64,000 nucleotides of DNA from a virus (Duplodnaviria > Caudoviricetes). This document shows positions 18,285-27,647 of this stretch, in pieces. Position 1 is the first letter of the stretch, and each line of letters begins with the position of its first letter. The stretch is taken from the IMG/VR virus record IMGVR_UViG_3300033070_000552, positions 1 to 64,000 of that record; one strand, 5' to 3'. Below the pieces are notes generated by a model, which did no database searches, was not told the origin of the DNA, and worked only from the letters and a program-made list of their open reading frames with translations. The translations under genes and the position numbers were made by a program.

Positions 18285-19682
18285 CTACCGACCCGACCGG
18301 AGCAACCGGGCCATCCATTCGGCCCCGGGGCCCTTCCGGGGGGCCTCCACGGGCCTACGAGCCGCCAGGGCGCGTCGGACGGCCCCGGGCGGGGCGTCGT
18401 CGGGGTCCATGCCCGGGGGCAGCGTGGCGACCGCTAGGCGGTACCGGGTGGACCGCAGAATATCGACCGCCCGATCGGCGGCGGCCTGCCCGGCGTCGTC
18501 GCCGTCCATGAGCAACACCACCTCGTCGGCGACGCGCGACAAGACCTCGGCGTGGTCGGTGGTGAGGGCCGTGCCCATCGCGGCAACCGTGATCTCCGAG
18601 CCCATACGGGCCATCGCCAGCACGTCGGCGTACCCCTCGGTCACGATCACCTTGCGGCGGCGAACGATCGAGGCGAGGTTCTCGGCAAGGCCGTAGAGCG
18701 TGAGGCGTTTGCGAAAGAGTGCGGTGTCGGAGGTGTTGAGATACTTCGGCTGGTGCTCGTCGGTGAGCGACCGACCGGCGAACGCGATCGTCCTGCCCGA
18801 GAGCGAGTGAATCGGAAAGACGACCCGGCCCTCCATCGTGTGGCGGTTGCCGCCTGTACGCCGGTCGTGGATCACGCCGTACTCGTTGAGCGTCTTGCGG
18901 TCCTGGTCGTTGGTGAGAGGATCGAACCCGACGGGGCAGTACCCGACCGAGAACCGCTCGCCGATGTCGGGCTGGGTCCATCGACGGTGAGCGATGTATT
19001 TATTGGCGATCGGGTTGGTGATTGCCCGCTCGTTGTAGTCGAGAGAGAGGTTTCGCATCGCGGTGGTGGCGTGCGACCCGAGAACCGTCGGCACCACTGG
19101 GGATTGAAGAAACACCGCGAGCCGCTCCCCTGCGAGCGAGTCGCCCTCCATCGCGCGAAGCTCGAAGTATTCGGTGAGGGCGAGCCTGTTGCAGAACTCG
19201 GCGGCGAAGAATCCCCGGTCGTCGTCGCGGTCGCAGATGTCCGTCGAGTTCCGCCACTTCCACCACGCGGCCCGCACGGCACGAAGGGCCGACACCCGCC
19301 GCCCGTCCTCGGCGACTGCCCGATGGAACACCCCCTTGATCTCGTCGGTCATAAACCCGATGATCGCGTCGTCGTCGACCACCACCCCGATCATCGCGGC
19401 GAGCTTGGTGATTGATTGATAAGGCTCGCAGTCGAGCCGGGCCGCGAGCCACGAGATGCAGTCGCCGCCGGTGTCGCACGAGAAGCAGTGCCACGCTTCG
19501 AGTCCGTTGTCGCCGTCGAACACCGAGACGGTCGCCTTCGAGTGCGAGGTCTCGTGGCAGATCGGGCAGGCGTACCGGGCCCGCTCCCCCTTGGCGGTGT
19601 AGTCGAAACCGAACCACTTGGCGACGGCGCGAACCGAGACGCGTCGCTTGATCCGCTCGGCGATAAGGCGAAGCTCGCTCAT
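18285..19682 (-). CDS. dnaG: DnaG-type DNA primase
   Basis: CHC2 zinc finger (CPICHE...WHCFSC), GRVVFPI, FAGR, PKYLNT, TOPRIM TEGYADV and MDGDDAG. Confidence 0.93.
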   Translation of the reverse strand: MSELRLIAERIKRRVSVRAVAKWFGFDYTAKGERARYACPICHETSHSKATVSVFDGDNGLEAWHCFSCDTGGDCISWLAARLDCEPYQSITKLAAMIGVVVDDDAIIGFMTDEIKGVFHRAVAEDGRRVSALRAVRAAWWKWRNSTDICDRDDDRGFFAAEFCNRLALTEYFELRAMEGDSLAGERLAVFLQSPVVPTVLGSHATTAMRNLSLDYNERAITNPIANKYIAHRRWTQPDIGERFSVGYCPVGFDPLTNDQDRKTLNEYGVIHDRRTGGNRHTMEGRVVFPIHSLSGRTIAFAGRSLTDEHQPKYLNTSDTALFRKRLTLYGLAENLASIVRRRKVIVTEGYADVLAMARMGSEITVAAMGTALTTDHAEVLSRVADEVVLLMDGDDAGQAAADRAVDILRSTRYRLAVATLPPGMDPDDAPPGAVRRALAARRPVEAPRKGPGAEWMARLLRSGR

Positions 19683-20080
19683 TTCCTGGCGGCCTCCTCC
19701 AACGATTGCATGAACCCGGCGAGTTTGTCGGCCTGAGCGGCGGCATCGATAGACTGCCGCTTGATCGCCGATTGAAGTTCGAGCATGAGGGCCGGGATGT
19801 GGGACGCGGCCTCGATCTTGGCGGCGACCGAGGCGTTGCAAACCTGCTTCCAGACCTTTCGCTCGTAGATCCAAAGCGTCCACCCGCCGGAGCCCTGCCG
19901 ATCGATAGCAACGGTAATCCCGTCATCCCCGACCCCGACCGTCGAAGGTTTGGGGGGCGTATAGGTGCATCTCGCGACGTGGCCGAACCGACGGGCGTTG
20001 AGCCCGTTCTCGAACTCGACCAGAGCGTCGCTTAATGCCGAGGCGGATGCACCGAACTGTTTTTGATCCTGCTCGTTCAT
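19679..20080 (-). CDS. hypothetical protein
   Basis: ATG 3 nt after a GGGAACGTCT motif; ATGA-coupled to the primase. Confidence 0.6.
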   Translation of the reverse strand: MNEQDQKQFGASASALSDALVEFENGLNARRFGHVARCTYTPPKPSTVGVGDDGITVAIDRQGSGGWTLWIYERKVWKQVCNASVAAKIEAASHIPALMLELQSAIKRQSIDAAAQADKLAGFMQSLEEAARK

Positions 20081-20138
20081 GCGAGACGTTCCCGCCGTGG
20101 GGGAGACCCGAACACCGTCCCGATATTTCATGGTGAAA

Positions 20139-20489
20139 TTAGACCGGAAGCTCCATCTCGTCGCTGGCCTTGCACTTCCTGAACCGCCGCATCCGGTTCT
20201 CCGCGTCGGTGATCGCCCGAAGGTTCTCGCGGCGGCAGTCGAGGCGGTTGGTGTTGTGGTGGTCGACCACCTTGTCCCACGGCACCGGCCCGTGCGCCCG
20301 CTCGTAGATCACACGGTGGAGATAGAGGGTCTTTCGCCTGCCCTTCACCCGAACGTCGCGGAAGGCGTACCCGTTGGTGTGCGGCCTCCACCGATGCGAG
20401 GCGAGAACGACGAGATCAACGTGGTCGATGATCACCGTGAACGACTGGGTCTTGGTTGTGATCTTGACTTCGCACACCAATGGAGTCAC
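20139..20489 (-). CDS. HNH endonuclease (HNH_3-like)
   Basis: LYLHRVI...VVDHHNTNRLDCRRENLRAITDAEN. Confidence 0.85.
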   Translation of the reverse strand: MTPLVCEVKITTKTQSFTVIIDHVDLVVLASHRWRPHTNGYAFRDVRVKGRRKTLYLHRVIYERAHGPVPWDKVVDHHNTNRLDCRRENLRAITDAENRMRRFRKCKASDEMELPV

Positions 20490-21916
20490 TCCAAATTCAA
20501 CAGGGCGGCGGAATACGTCGCCTTCGCCAACTGAAAACCTTTTCGATCGCCTTCACCCTGTCGGTCGAGGGCGACGCCCATCCTGATCTCGCCCGCGTCG
20601 TCGAGTTCCTGATCGAAGAACGTCCAGACCATCACGTCGCACGATCGCTCAAGCTCGGACGTGCCGCCCGCGTCGAAGGGCTCGTAGAACCCCGTCTTGA
20701 GCGCCCGCTCGTATCCCTCACGCTTGATCTGGTGGCACGCCAGCATCCACAGACCCCGGCCCCGGTCGTACGAGATCGCGATCTCGTGAAGCTCCTGGAG
20801 GAGCGCCGTCAACTCCGACGTACGGTCGTACTGCCGCGAGGCCGGGGCAAAGAGCATCGTGTGGTCGATCGTGCAAACGTCGACGCGGCGGGTCCGCGAG
20901 TGCTTCGCGATGATCGCCGAGATATCCCGCGTGGTAGTTCGGTTGGGGACCTGGGTGTACCGGATCGGGCCGTACGCCTTCGACGACTTGATGTCGGCGG
21001 CGGCGGCGACAAGAGCCCGCTCGTGCTCGGGCGAAAGCCTTCCGGCGGTGAGCCCGCGAAAGTCGATCCCTCCGGGAATGAACCGGTGGGTATGCCGCAC
21101 GAGCATCATGTTGCGGATATCGCGAACGCCCTGCTCGCTTGATATGACCAGCGACGCGAGCCCCTCGGCCGCCGTCTTGTCCCCGACCTGCCCGATCGAG
21201 GCGTGGTACACCAGATTGGCGGCGGTGATCGTCTTGCACTGCTTGGCGTAGGCGCAGATCGCCCACAACCTCCCGAGTACGCCGCCACCGACCGTCTTGT
21301 TGAGCTGCGGCCACGGGGTCGGGATGTAAATCCCGGCGGGGGCGTTCTTGGCGTCGCGGTACTCCGAGACCGCCGCGTCGACGTCGGACGAAAGCTCCCT
21401 CTCGATGATCGTCGATCTGGAAGCCCGGGCGTCGGCGGCGGTCGCGGCGAGCGACTCGGCGATCCGATCGGAGTCGGCCCCCTTGCGGAGCAGCTCGACG
21501 GCATCGAGCATCCCGCGACGGATCGAGAGATCGGTCGAGGCCCGCCGAACAAACTCGACGCGATCGAGGAACTCGTGCTCGCCCGGGTCGGGCCACGACC
21601 CCGCATCAACGAGAGCGCGGCGGAACGATTCAAGCACGCCCCGGTTGCGCCGATCCTTGTCCTTGTCGCCGGTCTTGCGGGAGAGCAACTTCTCGGCGTG
21701 GTGGGCGAGGGCGTCGGGCGGCGGGTACCGATCCCCGTCGGCCGTGCGAACCTTGCGGCGGTACTCCTGGGCGGCGAGGATCGCCACCCGAACCTCGGGC
21801 AGCGAGAACATCGCGGACGAACCGACGACCTCGGCAAACCGTGACGGGTTGGCCAGAAGCCCCGAGAGCACGATCATCTCGGCCCGCTTGAGTTCGTCGG
21901 TGCTGTAGTCGCTCAT
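20486..21916 (-). CDS. dnaB: DnaB-like replicative helicase
   Basis: E..VLSGLL N-terminus, IPTPWPQLNKTVGG, divergent Walker A AYAKQCKT, TIDH, ACHQIKR, SELERSCDVM. Confidence 0.8.
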   Translation of the reverse strand: MSDYSTDELKRAEMIVLSGLLANPSRFAEVVGSSAMFSLPEVRVAILAAQEYRRKVRTADGDRYPPPDALAHHAEKLLSRKTGDKDKDRRNRGVLESFRRALVDAGSWPDPGEHEFLDRVEFVRRASTDLSIRRGMLDAVELLRKGADSDRIAESLAATAADARASRSTIIERELSSDVDAAVSEYRDAKNAPAGIYIPTPWPQLNKTVGGGVLGRLWAICAYAKQCKTITAANLVYHASIGQVGDKTAAEGLASLVISSEQGVRDIRNMMLVRHTHRFIPGGIDFRGLTAGRLSPEHERALVAAAADIKSSKAYGPIRYTQVPNRTTTRDISAIIAKHSRTRRVDVCTIDHTMLFAPASRQYDRTSELTALLQELHEIAISYDRGRGLWMLACHQIKREGYERALKTGFYEPFDAGGTSELERSCDVMVWTFFDQELDDAGEIRMGVALDRQGEGDRKGFQLAKATYSAALLNLE

Positions 21917-22584
21917 GGCATCTGCCTCTCGCGGTGCGAAAGTGTGACCGCACCGCCCGCCCCGACCCTGAACTTCGTCTTGAACGACTCGAAGAACGAC
22001 GAGGCCCCCGAGCCATACCGCCCCGACGCCTTGGCGAGGTTGGCCTGCGAGAGGTAGAGCGTCGGAGAGATCGACCCCCTGCGGGCCGAGATCAGATCGT
22101 CCATCACCGACGGAATCTTCTTGTGGTCGCCCACGTCGTCAATGGTAAAGACCAGCACGGAGTTCTGGGAAACGATCGCGTCCACGAGGTCCCGATCGTC
22201 GCGATCAAACCGCGAGTCGATGAGCCGCGAGAGCTTGAGGCCAGACAGGGACGGCTCGCGAACCGCCGACGACAGACCGGCCTCGGCGAACGATCTGGCG
22301 ATGTACGCGGAGACGTACTCGCGGGTCTGATCCGTTGGGCTTCCGTGAATCCAAATGTCGTGGGTCTTTATTTCATGGAGAAATACCGCGACCTTCGACG
22401 GGATGTACTTCGCCAGCTTGGCGACCGGGATCGACGCATAGACCTCGGGGAATCCGGCGGCACACATCGCCGACTTTGAGAGAGCGACGACGACACATTG
22501 ACACCTGGTCACGCCCGTCGCGGTGGGGATATGCCCGCGACCGCGACAGAGTTTGCATTCGGGACTGGCGACTGACTTGCTGAT
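21913..22584 (-). CDS. DnaC/IstB-like helicase loader (degenerate AAA+) with N-terminal Zn knuckle; probable ATC start
   Basis: In-frame CKLCRGRG...RCQC lies upstream of the called GTG 22512; AAGGAG-N7-ATC at 22584; LVFTIDDVG Walker-B-like; directly upstream of DnaB. Confidence 0.55.
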   Translation of the reverse strand: MSKSVASPECKLCRGRGHIPTATGVTRCQCVVVALSKSAMCAAGFPEVYASIPVAKLAKYIPSKVAVFLHEIKTHDIWIHGSPTDQTREYVSAYIARSFAEAGLSSAVREPSLSGLKLSRLIDSRFDRDDRDLVDAIVSQNSVLVFTIDDVGDHKKIPSVMDDLISARRGSISPTLYLSQANLAKASGRYGSGASSFFESFKTKFRVGAGGAVTLSHRERQMP

Positions 22585-22647
22585 AACGGGGCTCCTTGGG
22601 CAACGATAGGGGAATCGTTCCCGGGGAGACGTTCCCGCATTGAGGAT

Positions 22648-23448
22648 CTAGGCGACCGATGCGATTCGACGGCGGGCCACGCGACACTGACTCTCTCGAA
22701 GATCGATGCCGACTGAGTTGCGGCCCCATCGCTTGGCGACGGCGAGGGTTGTCCCCGACCCGCAGAACGGATCGAGCACGCGACCGCCGGGCTTGCAGAA
22801 CGATCGGATAAACCACTCGGGGATCGTCTCGGGGAACGGGGCCTCGTTCTCGGCGCTGAGTTCGCTCCCCATATGACCACCGCCCGCCGGTCCGCAGTCG
22901 ATGATGTTGCCGGGGTTGGCGAGGGCCGGGGGCTTGTACCTCTTGCGAGGCTTGACCCTGCCGTCGCGCGAATGGTGCGAGGGCTGGCCCCCTGGAGGAA
23001 ACTTGGGCGGGTGGCCCATCGCGCAATTGTCGGACCACGGGAGCTTGGCCTGTACCTTGGTGGCACACACGATCGTCTCGTACTTCGACTTGAGCCAGTC
23101 AGGACCGCCCGAGCCCGGGATGCCGTCGCGAACATAGAGCGGAGGGTTGCGAAGGATCGCCCCACGCTTGACCAACTCGGCCATGAGAAGCACGGGCGCG
23201 GCCGACCATCGATAGTTCCGGGTGCGTCCTGCGACAACCCATGCGACGACGCCCGTGCAGTGATCGAGGCAGAGCATGAACCGATCGGCGGTCCATTGAA
23301 CCCAGGCGTCGCCCTTGAGGTTGAAACTCATACCGATCGCGCGGGCGTCCTCGTACGGCGGCGATCCGATCACCAGATCGAACGTGCCGAGCGCCGGGAG
23401 CACCTTCATCATGTCGCCGCAATGAACGTCGTGGGTGGTGGGGATCAA
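22648..23448 (-). CDS. N4C/N6A DNA methyltransferase (beta class)
   Basis: GSPPY, NEAPFP, VLDPFCGSGTT. Confidence 0.9.
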   Translation of the reverse strand: MIPTTHDVHCGDMMKVLPALGTFDLVIGSPPYEDARAIGMSFNLKGDAWVQWTADRFMLCLDHCTGVVAWVVAGRTRNYRWSAAPVLLMAELVKRGAILRNPPLYVRDGIPGSGGPDWLKSKYETIVCATKVQAKLPWSDNCAMGHPPKFPPGGQPSHHSRDGRVKPRKRYKPPALANPGNIIDCGPAGGGHMGSELSAENEAPFPETIPEWFIRSFCKPGGRVLDPFCGSGTTLAVAKRWGRNSVGIDLRESQCRVARRRIASVA

Positions 23449-23458
23449 TCTGGTGTCC

Positions 23459-26400
23459 TTAGAAGTCGATCAAATCCACGTCGCGGAACGGGCCGTGCGA
23501 GGTGCCGGATTTCTCGACCATGAAGTCGCCCTTCCTGCGATCGTACGAACCCGAGATGAGATAGACGCCGCCGACCTTGGGTTGATCATCCGGCCAAACC
23601 GAGGCGAAGCACACACCCTTGACCGACTCGCCCCCGGGCTCGGCGAGCGACAGAAACGCCATGATCTTTCCCTTGCGATCGGTGTGCAGGTGAACGCCCT
23701 GGAGCATGAACGGCCACCGCTTCCCATTGGACGATTTATCTAGCGGCCCCGGAAGTTTGCCAGCCGCCCGCATCCTCTCGATCTTTCCGATCCGATCGTT
23801 GATCGCCCAAGGCGACCTCCAGAAGTTAAACCCAAGGCCCGCCCGCTCGATCGACATCGCGATCTCGGGATCGTTCTTCGTGCGGAGTACCGACTGCCGG
23901 TCGTTCCTGAGAGCAAACTCAAGGTCGCGGAGCTTCGACTTCTTCTTCGACGACGCGAAGTACGTCGCGATATCCCTCGCCGCCGACGGGTTGACGGGGC
24001 GGCCCGGAAACGCCGTCCCCCACCCACCCACGCACGCGAGCCCGACGATCGCCTTCGCGTTTGCCGACTTGCGGTTGGTGTCGGCCCAACCGAGGAACGC
24101 CAGAACGTTTGGCCACTTCTCCCGAACCCATGCGTCGTGAAGTCGCTCGGCGGCCTCGTACCCGACCCCCGGAACGATCGAGAGCGGGGCGAGGAGTTTC
24201 TTCGGGGCGAGGATCGTCCAAAGACCGCCCGATCCGGCGAGCGTCGGCGGAACAAGCTCGATGCCCGCCTTGGACGCCGCCCGCATGATGACCTCGATCT
24301 TCCGCTCGGTCTGCTTTTTGTTTTTGTCGACGCCCTTGTTGTCCGTTCGGTTGAGAAGCGAGCACCAGAACTCGGTCGGGTAGACCGCCCTGAGGTACGC
24401 GGTGATCCACGAGAGGATCGCGTAGCTCACCCCGTGCGCTTTGTTGAATCCGTACCCGGCGAAGTTTTCGATATCGTCGAAGATACGAGCGGCCTCGACG
24501 GCATCGAGTTTGGATACCTTGGCCCCCGCGATGAACTCATCCCGCGCGGCCTTGATCTTGTCGAGTTTCTTCTTCGAGATGAACTTAATGATCTCGTACG
24601 CCTTGCGAAGAGGCATGCCGCCGATCCGGTTGATCAGGGTCATAACCTGTTCCTGGTAGACGGCAATCCCATATGTCTCTTTCAGAATCTCGTCGACGAT
24701 CGGGTGGATCGATGGGACGGGTTCCTTGCCCCGGGCCCGATCGATAAATGACTCGACGTGGGACATCGCCCCGGGGCGATAGAGGGAGACGGCGGCAGCG
24801 ATCACCTCGACGCCATAGGGTTTAAGCCTGGCGACGATTCTTGCGAGCGTGCGGTCCTGGGTGGCAAGCTGGTGGATGCCCACGCCGTCGCCCATGCCAT
24901 ACTCACCAAGCACACGAGAGTCGTAGAAGTCCATCGCAAGCCCGTTCACCTCGGCGATGACCGACTTGACCGTTCGCTTGGTCCGCGCGGCGATCAACTC
25001 GGCACACGACGCGATGATCGTGCATGCTTCGAGCCCCAGGAAGTCGACCTTAAGCAACCCCGTCTCGGCGATGTCCTGCGCGGCCTGGCCCTCGCCCCAC
25101 GCGGAGACGTACGCGGCCTTATCGCCCGAACCGATCTTGTCGATGGGGAGGTAGTCCACGAGCGGGCCGGGGGCGACGACGTATCCCGCCGCGTGCTGGG
25201 TGCGGCCCCTGACACGACCGACCATCGCGAGCGAGTCCATCGCGGCCTGGCGGTGCTTCCCGAAGAACGTCTCAACGTCATCGGGCTTGGCGATCTTGGC
25301 GATCTCCTCCTCGGCGTTCTTGAACGCAGCGAGCCGCTCGGACGGCGCGGCCTCGGCGAGCGAATGCTCGACCGACGGCGGGAGCGAGTCGGTAACCGAC
25401 GATATCCGAAACGCCGCCTGCATGTCGGCCCCGGACATCTCGCACACGTCGCGGATCGCCGACTTGAGCCCGAAGGTGGAGAGCGAAGAGATACGGGCGA
25501 TCCGCTCCCGGTCCTTTCCGCCGTACTTGCCGCTGAACCACTCGATCAACTCCTCGCGGCGGGTGGTGTCGATATCGAGATCGAAGTCCGGGGCGTTGGC
25601 GCGGGACGGATCGACGAACCGCTCGAAGAGAAGCCCGAAACGAACGGGGTCGACGCGGGTGATCCCGATCGCGGCGGCGACCAGAGACGCGCACCCCGAC
25701 CCGCGAGTCCAGAGAAATATCCCACGGTCCTCGGCCTCGCGGGCGATGTCGGCGGTGACCAGATAGAAGTCGCTCATCCCGCACTTCTTGATGACGGACA
25801 TCTCGTGCTTGAGACGCTCGGCGTAGATCGATCGCTGGTCCTTGGGGGCGTACGGGGCAACCCGCTTTGCGAACCCCTCGACGACAGACTTGCGGAGATC
25901 GCCGAACGGGTCCGACGACGTAACGCCCTGGGGGTTGATGTATCGCGGCGGGCGAAGCGCCCCGTCTCGCGGGTAGATATCGGCGGTGCAACGCGAGGCG
26001 AGCAGGACGGTATTCTCGGCGGCCTCGCGAATGAGCCGCTCGGGGACCCCGCACCTGGTGTCGCGGTTGAGCCGCACGGCGGCCTCGACGCCCGAGTAGT
26101 AGAGGTGCCGGGCCTCGACCTTGAACGCGTTGGGGTCGTCGACGGGAACCCGCCGCGAGACCGCGATCATCTCGTCCTGGAGCCTGGCGTCGCCCGCACA
26201 GGCGTAGTGAACGTCCGATGTCAGGATCATCGGGATCTTGAGCTGGGCGGCCTCGCGGAGCAGGATCGCGTTCACGCGGCGCTGCTGCTCAAGCTCGTTG
26301 ATATGGACCTCGCAGTAGAAGCGGTCCTTGAGAGCGTCCTTGTACTTGCCCAGCATGGCCCGGAGGGCGGGGATATTGCCCGCCGCCGCGTAGCGGCCGA

Positions 26401-26860
26401 ACTGCGAGCCCAAACACGCCGTCGTGACGATCAGGCCCTCGGAGTGGCGAAGCACAAAGTCGGTGTCGGTGCGGGCCTGGTAGTGATACCCGTTGATCAC
26501 CGAGTCGTGGTTGATGCGGAGGAGGTTCTTCCACCCCTCGTCGTCCATTGCGATCGTCACGAGGTGCGAGTCGATGAACGTCGGGTCCATCGCCACCTTT
26601 TCCTCTTTGGTCAACCGCTTGCCGGTGGAGTTCGCGCGATCGTCATTGACGTACTGCTCGCATCCGAAGATCGGTTTGATACCGACCTTCCTGCACGCCC
26701 GCCGATGCTCGGGGAGCCCATAGAGGTTGCCGTGGTCGGTGATCGCAAGGGCGGGGTGCCCGGCCTCGGCCGCAAGCTCGGCGTACTCGCTCGATCGACC
26801 CACGCCATCGAGAAACGAGCGGTCGGTGTGGAGGTGTAATTGACAAAACTTCTCCGCCAT
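23459..26860 (-). CDS. dnaE: DNA polymerase III alpha subunit (C-family, PHP domain)
   Basis: LHLHTDRS...AITDHGN...PIFGCE PHP; RGSGCASLV, APDFDLDID, LKVDFLGL, YQEQVM, YGFNKAH; C-terminal OB fold. Confidence 0.96.
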   Translation of the reverse strand: MAEKFCQLHLHTDRSFLDGVGRSSEYAELAAEAGHPALAITDHGNLYGLPEHRRACRKVGIKPIFGCEQYVNDDRANSTGKRLTKEEKVAMDPTFIDSHLVTIAMDDEGWKNLLRINHDSVINGYHYQARTDTDFVLRHSEGLIVTTACLGSQFGRYAAAGNIPALRAMLGKYKDALKDRFYCEVHINELEQQRRVNAILLREAAQLKIPMILTSDVHYACAGDARLQDEMIAVSRRVPVDDPNAFKVEARHLYYSGVEAAVRLNRDTRCGVPERLIREAAENTVLLASRCTADIYPRDGALRPPRYINPQGVTSSDPFGDLRKSVVEGFAKRVAPYAPKDQRSIYAERLKHEMSVIKKCGMSDFYLVTADIAREAEDRGIFLWTRGSGCASLVAAAIGITRVDPVRFGLLFERFVDPSRANAPDFDLDIDTTRREELIEWFSGKYGGKDRERIARISSLSTFGLKSAIRDVCEMSGADMQAAFRISSVTDSLPPSVEHSLAEAAPSERLAAFKNAEEEIAKIAKPDDVETFFGKHRQAAMDSLAMVGRVRGRTQHAAGYVVAPGPLVDYLPIDKIGSGDKAAYVSAWGEGQAAQDIAETGLLKVDFLGLEACTIIASCAELIAARTKRTVKSVIAEVNGLAMDFYDSRVLGEYGMGDGVGIHQLATQDRTLARIVARLKPYGVEVIAAAVSLYRPGAMSHVESFIDRARGKEPVPSIHPIVDEILKETYGIAVYQEQVMTLINRIGGMPLRKAYEIIKFISKKKLDKIKAARDEFIAGAKVSKLDAVEAARIFDDIENFAGYGFNKAHGVSYAILSWITAYLRAVYPTEFWCSLLNRTDNKGVDKNKKQTERKIEVIMRAASKAGIELVPPTLAGSGGLWTILAPKKLLAPLSIVPGVGYEAAERLHDAWVREKWPNVLAFLGWADTNRKSANAKAIVGLACVGGWGTAFPGRPVNPSAARDIATYFASSKKKSKLRDLEFALRNDRQSVLRTKNDPEIAMSIERAGLGFNFWRSPWAINDRIGKIERMRAAGKLPGPLDKSSNGKRWPFMLQGVHLHTDRKGKIMAFLSLAEPGGESVKGVCFASVWPDDQPKVGGVYLISGSYDRRKGDFMVEKSGTSHGPFRDVDLIDF

Positions 26861-27093
26861 TATTCGCCCCCGTTATTTCGCCGTGAAATATCGGTCCGCT
26901 GCCACGGGTAGACGACGGGCGGCACGTCGATGGTGGGGTCGAGCCGCTTGGCGAGCCCGGCGGCGATAAACCGGATCAGCTTCAATGTTCTGGTGTTCTT
27001 GGCCAACTGCTCGCCCTCGCATTCGAGGTATTGTCCGGCCTCTTCGGCAAGTTCCATTACCAAGAGAACACATTGGGCCGATCGGTCATTCAT
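26860..27093 (-). CDS. hypothetical protein
   Basis: 77 aa; ATG 3 nt after a GGGAACGTCT motif; coupled to dnaE. Confidence 0.55.
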   Translation of the reverse strand: MNDRSAQCVLLVMELAEEAGQYLECEGEQLAKNTRTLKLIRFIAAGLAKRLDPTIDVPPVVYPWQRTDISRRNNGGE

Positions 27094-27647
27094 GCTAGAC
27101 GTTCCCGCGAGAGATTAATCAAAGCCCCGGTGATCCGATCGCACGCGACGTAGACGTACCGCTCGCGAACGCGCCCAAACATAGCCATGCCCTTGATCAC
27201 GTCGCCGCATTTGATTCGCTCCCACCTGATCGTCAGCGTGAGTTTGAGCGTGTCGGCGTCGGGCACGACCTCCCACACGTTGTCGTGGCCGCCCACTGTG
27301 CCCGGGGGTAGCGGCCTAACAATCGCCCGCACGTCGCCGGACCTCTCGCCGTTTGCGGAGTAAATGTACGTCCCGGGCTTGGGCGGCTTGGACTTGAAGC
27401 TGGGGAGGTTGGACGATGGGTCGCGGTGGATCTCGTCGCTCGACTCGGGCGCGTCGAACTGCTTGCCGCACTTGTCGCAGACGTAGATCGGGAACTGCTC
27501 GCCCGGCACGCCCGAGGCGACAGCGACGATGTTCCCGGCGTAGACCTTGCCATCGCGGGATGGTTTCTTGTACGAGCCCCCGGCCATGTCGCACGGGTCG
27601 ATCTTGTGGTGCCCGTAAACGGTCGGCGACTTCGCGGGCTGGCTCAC
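27090..27647 (-). CDS. hypothetical protein with CxxC zinc ribbon
   Basis: YVCDKCGKQF; GTG 27647 overlaps the exonuclease stop. Confidence 0.5.
   Translation of the reverse strand: MSQPAKSPTVYGHHKIDPCDMAGGSYKKPSRDGKVYAGNIVAVASGVPGEQFPIYVCDKCGKQFDAPESSDEIHRDPSSNLPSFKSKPPKPGTYIYSANGERSGDVRAIVRPLPPGTVGGHDNVWEVVPDADTLKLTLTIRWERIKCGDVIKGMAMFGRVRERYVYVACDRITGALINLSRERLA

Noticed and set aside
22373-23237. Minus-strand ORFs 22373-23068 and 22509-23237
   Set aside because: Alternative frames overlapping the methyltransferase and loader; Arg/Ser/Pro-rich composition without motifs.
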